Assembly (NCBI GenBank): GCA_030390025.1
Contig: CM059425.1
Span: 164,612,001-164,676,000 of the forward strand
Reading direction: 5' to 3'
Source of the DNA: Squalus acanthias
Taxonomy: Eukaryota
Length of the DNA: 64,000 bases
Position numbers and translations under genes: made by a program
Shown: piece by piece, positions 24,801 through 36,800 of the stretch
How the letters are laid out: each line of letters opens with the position of its first letter
Numbering within the stretch: position 1 is the stretch's first letter
Notes under the pieces: generated by a model
Databases searched by the model: none
The model's input: the letters and a program-made list of their open reading frames with translations, nothing else
Told to the model about the DNA's origin: nothing

Positions 24801-27800
24801 CAGTAATACATGAATACTGACTGTAAACTTAAACTTTTAAATCATAATTCTTTGTAATAAACTGCACCTTCTCTGTGCTCAGAGACTTAAGCTATTAAAC
24901 TAATAGTTATGATACACATCTGTTGGATGAAATGCTTAACCTTTCTCAACTTTCATTCTTAAACTGCCCGGTAGCCAAAAATCCATAGCACTTCCAACAC
25001 CCTCCCGCCTTATCTGCAGGTTCTGGCCTTGGAAGAAAATTCCGGTTCAACCTTGTAAAGGATGCAACCTCCGCCTGTCCCGTACAAAGCCAGTGGAGTA
25101 AGAGGGAGCAAGGCCTATGGCAGGGACTCCAAATGTTGGACTACCCACATGTCCCCAGCTGCTCAGCCGGTGGGGGCAGGAATTGGCATCCAGTATGCCA
25201 AATGAAAGCAGGCATAAAGGCCACTCAAGTGGCAGAACTGAGGCCTGCCTACGGGTCCAGATCGCGATCCAGGCTTGGACCCCTGAAGAGAGAGGTTTTA
25301 AAATAAAATAATTTTCCCCCTTATGTTTGAGATATATATATATATATATATATAGTGGACCCCACTATCAGTAATGACAGATGATTTTCAAGAAAGGTGA
25401 GCATCCTAGGTACGCCCTAAGTGATGCAAGGGCATCCATCATTCATAAACAAAGGAATGGACCTGCCTCTAATCCCACAAGTTTTGGGGTCAACAGTGGA
25501 GGCTTCAGATGGATGAATCCTGACATTTACACCAGGAGGTGCCCACCCACACATCTTCAAAGCCTCTTTCAAATGTTTTGAAGATTTATTTTCAAGGCAC
25601 TTTACAGCTTTCTTTACTCATCTAATTTTTACCTTCTTTCCCAACCATTCCCAAGTATAAGCTTAAATACCTTGATGTTTGATCTTGTAGTCCAGATGGG
25701 GGCTAGTTTCTGCTCTGACTGTTTACTAGGTGGATCCTAATCTCTGGCAGGCTACTAATGAGTGTGTGTCTAACCTTTAGCAATTTTTTAGGTGGGAGAG
25801 GGAAATAGACCTATTCTTAGAGGTGTAATGGAAATCTAGTCTCGGCTTTTGACATTCAAAGCTGGATTGAATAAACTTGAAGGTTAATCCCTAAAATGTG
25901 AATTATTTTTGCTCCCAATTTTGTTTTCTCCTATGCACAATTCTTTAAATACAGACATTATATGTTACTCACATTTTGCAACTTTTTAAATGTAGGGAGC
26001 TTGCATTCTGCACATGTTGAGAAATTTTCTGACCGAAGAGGTTTTCCAAAGTGGCTTAGTTCATTACCTACGAAAATACAGCTACAGGAACGCCAAGAAC
26101 GAAGACCTATGGAACAGTATAGCCAATGTAAGAGTTTCTTCTATTGATTGAAAGTTGGCTTGTGTATTTGAGTAACAATTCAGCACTTGTTTAGAACAAT
26201 GAGATAATTCTAATAATTATTAATTGTTTTAACATATTTCAACTAAATTAATTTATCATGTGAATTTTTCCATTCTTTTGAAAAAAATAAAGATTTGACT
26301 AATTTGTACCATTACTTAAATTAATTCAAAAACTAGCATAGCAATGCATTTTGGTATTATAGCAACAGCCCATTGTCATCTGGTTATCATTTGTGCCTGT
26401 TACCACTTTACTGTAAAGTTTGAATTCTTTTTCAATAATATTGTTTAGTTTTGGGGTTTCACTCCAGATATTTGTCTCCGGTTCAGCATCTCAGATCACT
26501 GTTGTAGAATAGCCTTCGTTCCCTTCAAACCATAAGGTATCTTTTAGATGCCCAACATTCAGGGTTATTGTAGTGAGCCCAGAAGTTGAACAAAAAAGCC
26601 TTCATCATTGCATCTCAGGTATTGGTTATATCATACACCATCATGTGATCGTCCTTGACTTTGGAAGGGAGTAAAATAAACACGCCTCTAAACCATGGAT
26701 TTAGCTAAACAGATTTATTAAACAGCAAATGGATAAGTGAACGGTAGCAATGACACATTATAGATTTGCAGTAATTACAGGCTTCACTTCAGAATGACAG
26801 AAAATAAGTCATGTTTGCTGTGCTAAGCTTCAGAGTAAACTGAACCTGAATATTAACCTTATATGGTGGCTCGCTGCTAACCTTTCATGGAGACTCTCTG
26901 GCCAATCTGTATCTCTTTGTTTGCTTCAGTATATTTCGATTTACTGGTTATATCACATGCTCTCTCATTATCTTCCTTGACTTCGGAAGGTGGTTGAATA
27001 AACGTCCTATTCAACTGTAGTTTAGGAATTTTATAGCCTAAGCCTGACGTCGATGAAAATCCTGCAGGGCACATGATGTAACCAGTAAACCAAAATACAG
27101 TGATGGGGGATTCTGTTTGACTCAATTGGAAAAAGACAGGTTGAGATATACTTTCAAAATTTGGTCAAGACAAAGGAAATTTAAATATGTATCTATTTGA
27201 CTCAAATAGAGCTGCCAATCAAACATATATTTAAACAAACCCCACAGGAAGTTTATATTTGAATTGAATGGCTTGAGTTACCTGTTACAAACATGATATC
27301 TGTTCTGGGGCTATTGGGTATCAAAGCTGGGCATTTTCTGTGACTGAATTTGTTTTTTTAACCCTTTGTGCTGTGACAGAATAAGATTGTTAAGGCAATG
27401 GAAAAACACTCTTTATTTTGAACTCCCAACAGACTTGCACCAAGGAAGACTTCACCTCCGGTGGATTCTGCTACAGCGCTTCACAAGCTGCTAAAAATGC
27501 TGTAAGATTTGGTTCATTTTGTCTTTATTGAACTCTACATAAATCCAGTGACACCCACATATACTCAACTTGCAAAATCTATAGGTACCTTAAGTACCTG
27601 CAGTTCCTAGACAATTACAATCCTGTGGGATCCCACAACTACCTTATAATCCATTGAAATTCAACAGTTGATACTGGGAATTCATCTAAATAATATTGAG
27701 GAATCCGAAAAATTGGTGTGATACATTATTACAGGAATTTACCGAGATAGTAATTTTAAAAAGATATATTGAGGTCTAAAGGATTGCATCTTTGTAAAAG

Positions 27801-30800
27801 TCAGTTTTTGAAACTAATTAAATTGTAATTATCTCCAATTTTAATATTTTTTGTTAGATTTTCTGCATTCCGCCTCTCTGACTGTCTCCCACAGGAGTTG
27901 TCAGCCTCCACTCATCTTTCTGCATTTAGGAAGCTAAACCTGTCGCTATTTTGGATTGCAGTATATAATCAGACAATTCGGAGCATAATAGAAGTAAAAG
28001 CTAGCTCTGTCAATGTAATGCATCCCCCCCAATTGTATCTTCATTGCTGAGAGCCATTTTAACCAAGCTATCTGCAACCGAATAGCATACAATTCACAGG
28101 CACAACCATCAGGTGAAAAGTACATTTTGATTGCTTGTGCATTGTATGTTTGCACTTTGTCTTAACTCTTTAAAAACAAATGTAAGAAGAAAAATAACAT
28201 TCCAAAAGAAGCCACATGTTAAACTGCCATCTGTGCCTTTCTATTCCTCAGTACCGCTATGCAGGTGAACATCTCGACATCAAGGAGATTATGAACACGT
28301 GGACCCTTCAGCAGGGAATACCGGTGATAATTGTTGAGCATAATGGGAGTTCAGTCAGGCTACATCAAGAGCGCTTCCTTAAGGGAATCCTCCCAGAGGA
28401 CCCAACATGGGCCTCACTACAATCTGGGTACTTATGTTTCAGTTGTGTCCTTATTAATTTTCTTTTTGGTTTTGATGAATTCTTTTATTTGTTGGAGCAG
28501 GGAAAGTTTTAAATGCGATCTGCAATGTTCTGAGAATCAAAAACATTTTTTCACCATCTTTTGCAGCTACCTGTGGCACGTTCCACTAACTTACATCACA
28601 AGCAGTTCTAAAACTATTGGTAGACACCTACTGAAAACAAAATCAGGTAAGAATGTTATATGTTGCTGGTTATGGATAGAATAGCACCAACTCAAACATA
28701 TCCAGTCTTTAAAATAAAAAGAAATTATATTTTATGAAACCTATGTCAATGTGAAATTAATTTAAAACTTCTTCACCCTCAATTGCATGTTAGCTAAATT
28801 TATCACTTAAATTTGAAAACAAAATGGTGTATGTTCCCACTGAAATGTCTTGTTCTCAGATCACTATACAATTGGCAGCTTGGCTCAGTTGGCAGCACTC
28901 TTGTTTCTGATATAGAAAGTTGTAGCTCAAGTCCCATTACTGACTTAAGCACATAACCTGGACTGACACTTCAGCAAGGGAGTGCTGCATTGTGGGAGTT
29001 GCCACCTTCATTTGAGATGTTAAATTGAGGGCCTGCCTGTTTAGGTGCATGTAAAATATCCCTTGGCACTATTTGAAGCATGGCACTATTTGAAGAAGAG
29101 CAAGGCAGTGTCCTGGGGTCCATCCACCAATGCCACCTGAAAATGGATTATCTGGTCATTATTCATTGCTGTATCTAGGGCTTTGCTTATGATTAAATTG
29201 GCTGCTGTGTTTACCTACATAACAACAGTGACTGCACTTCAAAACTAATCCATTGTTAGTAAAGAACACTAACATCCCAAGGGCCATGGGGTGAATTTTA
29301 ACCCCCAAAAATGGGTGGGTTGGGTCGGGTGAGATCAGATGTTAGCATTTTTTAAATCTCGAACCCAACCCCAACCTGCCCACTTCCGGGTTTAACAGAG
29401 GCGGGACAGGGTGCGGGCAGCCGTACACGCTCTCAGGAGGCAGGTTGGCAATTTAAATATTTTAATGAAGCTGGCAGGTTTAACCCTAGCCGGCTGGGTT
29501 TCCCAGGCCTTGGGAAACCCGGCAGCTCAAGGGAGGCGAGGACAGCTTCGGGGAGATGATAAGAGCCTGTGGGCCAGGAATGCTTCCCCCCGGCCCCCCC
29601 AGATGACCTTCTTCCCTTGGATCAGAACCCACTACCCCCATCAGGACCCCACTGGGGTCGGGGATCAGACCCCCCCCATGCTCCTAGTAGCAGCTGCAGT
29701 CTCCCTACCTGCACCTGCGGCTGTGGGCTGCTCCGGAGTCCTCCCCGCCCGACTGGAAGCCAAGCCTGTCAATCAGGCTGACTTCCGGGTGGGGATCCTG
29801 TCAAAGAAAAATGTCGCACACCGTGGAGTCCGAAACTCCCCCCACCCCCGGCCTATGCAACCCGCCCCTGTCAATATCAGGTCCCATGTAATTGCATGTT
29901 TGTTCATTCATCATTTGATCTGTCACCTGTGAGCATTTCTGTTTACTAATTAGTTTCATTAACTCAATATTGCTTTAACCAGATCATATTGAACTAGATA
30001 GAGAAGCTCAATGGGTAAAATTTAACGTGGACATGAATGGATATTACATTGTACATTACAAGAGTGCCGGATGGGATGCTCTGATTAATCTGCTAGATCA
30101 GAACCACACACTTCTGAGCCAGAAGGACCGAGCAAATCTGATTCATAATGCTTTCCAACTTGTCAGGTACTGTGGAATGTCAGTATTATCGTATCTATCT
30201 ATTGTATATTACAATCAGGAGGCGAGTGAGTCACAATATATCATTGGAATTGTGCCTTTAGGTGGTGCTGTGTGGTCATGTTACATGTTAGCAACAATGG
30301 CATGAGGTAATGTTACATGACAGCCCAACTGCCTCAATTCTGTCCCTAAAATAAGTTTAAAGCTGCCAAGTTTTTTTCCAGTCCATGCTACTGCTCCCTG
30401 CCCCCATTATCACACTGCAGCAATATTTTAGATGAATTGACCAATTGGGATCTGTGACTCTGACTCCGCTTTCCTGCTCCGGTTTCTGATATCTTTCCCA
30501 TCTCCTCTTTCTCTTTATCCCACCCCCCACTACATAAATGTTGGCCACAGCCCAGTAATAGGCTGCTCCCATCCCGCTCGCTATTTCCAAGCTCCTGTTC
30601 AGTGCTTCCTGTCCCAGCTCGCAACCATCATCCACTTCTTCACCTTTGCAGGCCATTAACTTGGTGGTTGAGTGAGTAGGGCCATCCAGCTAAAGTGGCC
30701 CATTCAACTGTTGGGGCTGGGCGCATAGAGATTATTTATTTATGTTTAGAAATATTGGTCATCAGCTGGGGCGGGGCAGCTGGAGAAAGCCCCTTCTTAC

Positions 30801-33800
30801 CTTTCTCTTTTCTTCTAGACTTGCAGTACTAGTGTCACTGGTTGCAGTAGTCCAGCCACTTCCTCCTGAGCTTCAGTCTCACTCTGGCGTTCTCTGGCAT
30901 TTCTTGATTCTCTCCCTTCAAGGCAACTCTGACCTTTAACCCTGCTCTACGTCCCCCAACAACCAAGCCGCTAACCCTGTCCTATTTTGCCAGTCTTCAG
31001 CTTCCCCTTCCTCCTCCCGACCTCTAGACTAGCTCCAACTTCCCCCTCCCCAGCCTCTAACTCTGCTCTTGGCAAATACCTTTTGATTGACCGATAGCAA
31101 CCACTGAGTAGTGAATCCTAGGCTATTCTGTGGGTGTGAACCATGATTTGACACAACAAAGTGCTATTTCATTTGGGTAAAAGTTGAGAATAATTCACAT
31201 TTGTTGTGGAGGTACCATCACTAAATAAACAGGAAATATCTATTCATGAAAAATCATTATATAAATAGAATAACTTGCTTGAGGAGATTTAATATGTTGT
31301 TATTTCAGAGACTTACAAAATACATAGGTGCCATATTAAAGGTCTTTGATTATGAAGCAACCACTGCACTCATCTGTCCCCCATCATCCATATCCACTTT
31401 ATAACTACTATCAAGTGTTAGCCTTTGCTCAGCGGTAGCATGCTCACCACTGCGTCAGAAGGTTTAAGGTTCAAGTCCCAGCTGCACTGTCGGAGTTGTC
31501 ATCTTTTGGAGGTAAACTCAGATCCCTTTCCGGGGGACATAAAAGATCACATGGCACTTTTTGAAGAAGAGCAGGGGTGTTCTCCCCGGTGTCCTGGCCA
31601 ATATTTATCCCTCAACCAACATCAGCAAAACTGATTATTTGGTCATTATCACATTGCTGTTTGTGGGAGCTTGCTGTGCGCAAGTAGGCTACATTACAAC
31701 AGTGACGATACTTCAAAAGTACGTCATTAGCTATAAAGCGCTTTGGGACGTCCTGATGTCATGAAAGGTGCTATATAAATGCAAGTTCTTTGTTTTTCTT
31801 TCTTTCTTGTTCACTAAACAAACATACATGTGGTCCACAACCAATTTCTGATTAACTAAGTTATGAGAACAATGGACCAAAAATAAGGAAACCTTTGTAA
31901 AACTGACTAGAAAATAGCACCTAGGTTTACTTTACAATAGAGTTTGGCTTCTAGAAAACTTATGGGAACTTATTTTTTTCTTGTTGCTTGTTCTAGTTGT
32001 CAGACTGCTTGTCCGACATCCAGTTCTGGACGAGCAGAAATGTTCTTCAATTAAATATTGGGAAGACCGAAGCCATTGTTTTCGGTCCCCGCCACAAACT
32101 CTGTTCCCTAGCCACTGACTCCATCCCTCTCCCTAGCATCTGTCTGAGGCTGAACCACACTGTTCGCAACCTTGGTGTCATATTTGACCCTGAAATGAGC
32201 TTCCGACCACATATCCACAGCATAACAAAGTCCGTCTATTTCCACCTCCGTAACATCGCCCATCTCCACCCTTGCCTCAGCTCATCCGCTGCTGAAACCC
32301 TCATCCATGCCTTTGTTACCTCTAGACTTGACTATTCCAACGCACTCCTGGCTGGCCTCCCACATTCTACCCTACATAAACTTGAGGTCATCCAAAACTC
32401 GGCTGCCCGTGTCCTAACTCGCACCAAGTCCCATTCATTCATCACCCCAGTGCTCGCTGACCTACATTGGCTCCCGGTTAAGCAACACCTCAATTTCAAA
32501 ATTCTCATCCTTGTTTTCAAATCCCTCCATGGCCTCGCCCCTCCCTATCTCTGTAATCTCCTTCAGCCCCACAACCCCCCAAGATATCTGCGCTCCTCTA
32601 ATTCTGTCCTCTTGAGCATCCCTGATTATAATTGCTCAACCTTTGGTGGCCGTGCCTTCTGTTGCCTCGGCCCTAAGCTCTGGAATTCCCTGCCTAAACC
32701 TCTCCGCCTTGCTACCTCTCTTTCCTCCTTTAAGATGCACTTTAAAACCTACCTCTTTGACCCTCACCTGCCCTAATTTCTCCTTATGTGGCTTGGTATC
32801 AAATGTTTTGTCTTTTAATAATCCTGTGAAGCGCCGTGGGACGTTTTATTACGTATTATTCAATATTTAGGAAAGATAGGCAAAAAAGAAAGGGAGGTGG
32901 GGTAGCATTGCTGGTCAAAGAGGGGATTAACACAATTGAAAGGAAGGATATTAGCTCTGATGATGCAGAATCTGTATGGGTAGAACTGAGAAATAACAAG
33001 GGGCAGAAAACGTTAGTGGGTGTGGTATATAGACCTCCAAACAGTAATACGGAGGTTGGGGATGGCATTAAAAGGGAAATTAGAGAAGCATGCAGTAAGG
33101 GCACAGCAGTCATCATGGGTGACTTTAATTTACATATAGATTGGGCTAACCAAATTAGTAAAAATACTGTGGAGGAGGAATTCCTAGAATGTTTACGAGA
33201 TGGTTTTCTGGAACAATATGTCGAGGAACCAACCAGAGATCAGGCCATCTTAGACTGGGTATTATGTAACGAGAAAGGATTAATTAGCAATCTTGTTGTA
33301 CGAGGCCCCTTGGGACAGAGTGATCATAATATGATAGAATTCTTCATTAGGATGGAGAGTGAAGTAGTTGAATCAGAGACTAGGGTCCTGAATTTAAATA
33401 AAGGAAACTACGATGGTATGAGGCGCGAATTGGGTAGGATTGATTGGGGAATGTCACTCAAGGGGTTGACGGTGGATAGGCAATGGCAAACATTCAAAGA
33501 CTGCATGGATGAACTACAGAATTTGTTCATCCCAGTGTGGCATAAGAATAAAACAAAAAGGGTGACTCAACCGTGGCTAACAAGGGAAATTAGGGATAGC
33601 ATAAGATCCAAGGAGAGGGCATATAAATTGGCCAGAAAAAGTGGTAGCCCTGAGGATTGGGAGCAGTTTAGGATTCAACAAAGGAGGACAAAGGGATTAA
33701 TTAAGAAGGGGAAAATAGAATATGAAAGTAAGCTTGCTGGGAACATAAAAACTGACTGTAAGAGCTTTTATAGATATGTGAAGAGAAAAAGATTAGTGAA

Positions 33801-36800
33801 ATCAAGTGTAGGTCCCTTGCAGTCAGAAGCGGGGGAAGTTATAATGGGGAACAAAGAAATGGCAGCCCAATTAAATGCATATTTTGGTTCTGTCTTCACA
33901 AAGGAGGACACAAATAACCTCCCAGAGATGTTGGAGAACATAGGGTCTGATGAAAGGGAGGAACTGAAAGAAATCAGTATTTGCAGGGAAATGGTGTTCG
34001 GGAAATTGACGGGATTGAAGGCTGATAAATCCCCAGGGCCTGATAATCTACATCCTAGGGTACTTAAGGAAGTGGCCCTAGAAATAGTAGATGCATTGCT
34101 GATCATCTTCCAACATTCGATGGAATCTGGAACTGTACCCATGGATTGGAGGGTAGTTAATGTTACCCCACTATTCAAAAAGGGTGGTAGAGAGAAAGCA
34201 GGGAATTACAGACCAGTAAGCCTGACATCGGTATTGGGGAAAATGCTAGAGTCCATTATAAAGGATGTAATAGCTGAGCACTTGAAAAACAGTGACAGGA
34301 TCGGACAAAGTCAACATGGATTTACAAAAGGTAAATCGTGCTTGACTAATCTACTGGAATTTTTTGAGGATGTAACTGGGAAAATAGATAAGGGAGAACC
34401 AGTAGATGTGGTGTATTTGGACTTTCAAAAGGCTTTCGATAAGGTCCCGCATAAGAGATTAGCGTGTAAAGTTAAGGCACATGGGATTGGGGGCAAGGTA
34501 TTGACTTGGATAGAGAACTGGTTGGCGGAGAGAAAGCAGAGAGTAGGAATTAATGGGTCTTTATCCGAGTGGCAAGCAGTGACTAGTGGGGTACCGCAGG
34601 GATCGGTCCTTGGACCCCAGCTATTCACAATATACATTAATGATCTAGATAAGGGAACTAAATGTAATATCTCAAGTTTGTAGATGACACAAAGCTGGGT
34701 GGGCGTGTGTGCTACGAAGAGGATACCGAGAAACTCCAGGATGATTTGGACAGGTTGGGTAATTGGGCAGAAGCGTGGCAGATGCAATATAACGTGGATA
34801 AGTGTGAGGTTATCCACTTTGGTGTCAAAAACAGAAAGGCAGACTATTATCTGAATGGCAATAGATTGGGAGAAGGGGAAGTGCAACGAGACCTGGGTGT
34901 CCTTGTGCACCAGTCGCTGAAGGTAAGCATGCAGGTGCAGCAGGCGGTGAAGAAGGCAAATGGTATGTTGGCCTTCATAGCGAAAGGGTTTGAGTATAGG
35001 AACAGGGATGTCCTGCTGCAGTTGTACAGGGCCTTGGTGAGACCACACCTTGAGTACTGTGTGCAGTTTTGGTCGCCTTATCTGAGGAAGGATGTTCTTG
35101 CCATGGAAGGAGTTCAGCGAAGATTCACAAGGCTGATACCTGGGATGGCAGGAATGACATATGAGGAGAGATTGGGTCGATTGGGCTTATACTCGCTGGA
35201 GTATAGAAGAATGAGAGGGGATCTCATCGAAAAATATAAAATTCTGACAGGTCTGGACAAACTAGATGCAGGAAGAATGTTCACGATGGTCGGAGAGTCC
35301 AGAACCAGGGGTCATAATCTAAGGATAAGGGGTAAGCCATTTAGGACAGAAATGAGGAAGAATTTCTTCACCCAGAGAGTGGTGAACCTGTGGAATTCTC
35401 TACCGCAGAAGGTAGTTGAGGCCAAGTCATTGAATATATTCAAGAATGAGTTAGATATATTTCTTAAAGCTAAAGGTATCAAGGGATATGGGGAGAAGGC
35501 AGGTACAGGGTACTGAGTTAGGATGATCAGCCATGATCTCATCGAATGGCGGAGCAGGCTCGAGGGGCCGAATGGCCTACTCCTGCTCCTATCTTCTATG
35601 TTTCTATGTTTCTATGTTAAAGGTGCTATATAAATACAAGTTGTTGTTGTTGTTTTGAGCCGTAACTTTCTCCAACTGAGACTGAAGCGATCCTCGTCTC
35701 TTGCAACAAACTCTGTCTCCGGAGAATTCCATTCCCCTCCTTGGCTGCTCACTTAAACTAAACACAACTTTAAATTCAATATCCTATTGTTTGCCAAATA
35801 CACTTGCTTGTACCCCAGCAGCATCGCCCATCTCTGCTCTTACTTCACCCCATCACTGTTGAAAGGTTTATTACTTTTGTAAATCTCCCTTTTTAATCAC
35901 CCCTGCCTTCACCTATCTCCATTGGTTCTTGCTATGAATGCAATTATTTCATAATCCTCATCCTTGTTTACTGACCCTACATCACACCAGTGCCCTCTAG
36001 TCTATTGACTCTGGCAGTCATGACCTTGTCACAGTAAGGGCTCTGTGCAAGTGAGGTGTACTTAAACCTCCTCTCGACCCATCATTTGTCCCATTACCTC
36101 CCCTTTTGCCTCGCACCATCATCGCTTTTGTCATTTAATCTCTCCTGTCTTGCAACCTATCACAGACCTTCCCTTTGTTCTTTCCTCCCCTCCCCCCTTT
36201 CCCTGCCTCTGTACTTGCATAAAACCAGTTGCATCTCTAACTTTTTCCAGTTCTGATGAAAGGTCATCAACCTGAAACGTTAACTTTGTATCTCTCACTG
36301 CAGATGCTGCCTGACCTGCTGAGTATTTCCAGCCTTTTCTGTTTTTATTTCAGCTTTCCAGTATCCATAGGAATATTTTCTTTTGTACTTAAATAATGTT
36401 CCTTAGATGTACCGAGGGGGGTTTACTTTCCCACTTGATGACGTTCCAGTTTCCGCCAAAACTTGAGACTTTGGGTAGAATTTGACTTTTGTGTGGCCGA
36501 CTAGTGGAGTGTGCTGAGCCCCTTTTAACGGCGAACAGGCCTCCACAACTTTGAGGCCCAGGCTTCATTTGAATGCAAGATGCAGATGCCAAACGAGTGT
36601 CCCAAGATAGTTGGCCAGTTTTGGGCCACAGGAATGTCGGCTGGCTGGTGGAAGCTGCAGGGAGGTCCTGGAAGGAGGGTGGGAGGCAGAGCCATAGGGG
36701 ATGAGCCCAGGCAGGCAGATGCACGCAGTATTTTTGTGGGGCCGGGATGAGCAGTCCTGCTCCTCCTCGCCCCACAAAAATAAACGCAGACTTGCCCGTA

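Noticed and set aside
24110..25000. LTR-like composition after the CR1
   Set aside because: Could not define both termini or a TSD.
26500..27431. Possible solo LTR ending at the exon 9 acceptor (tgttg...caaca)
   Set aside because: No matching TSD found; the termini may be chance.
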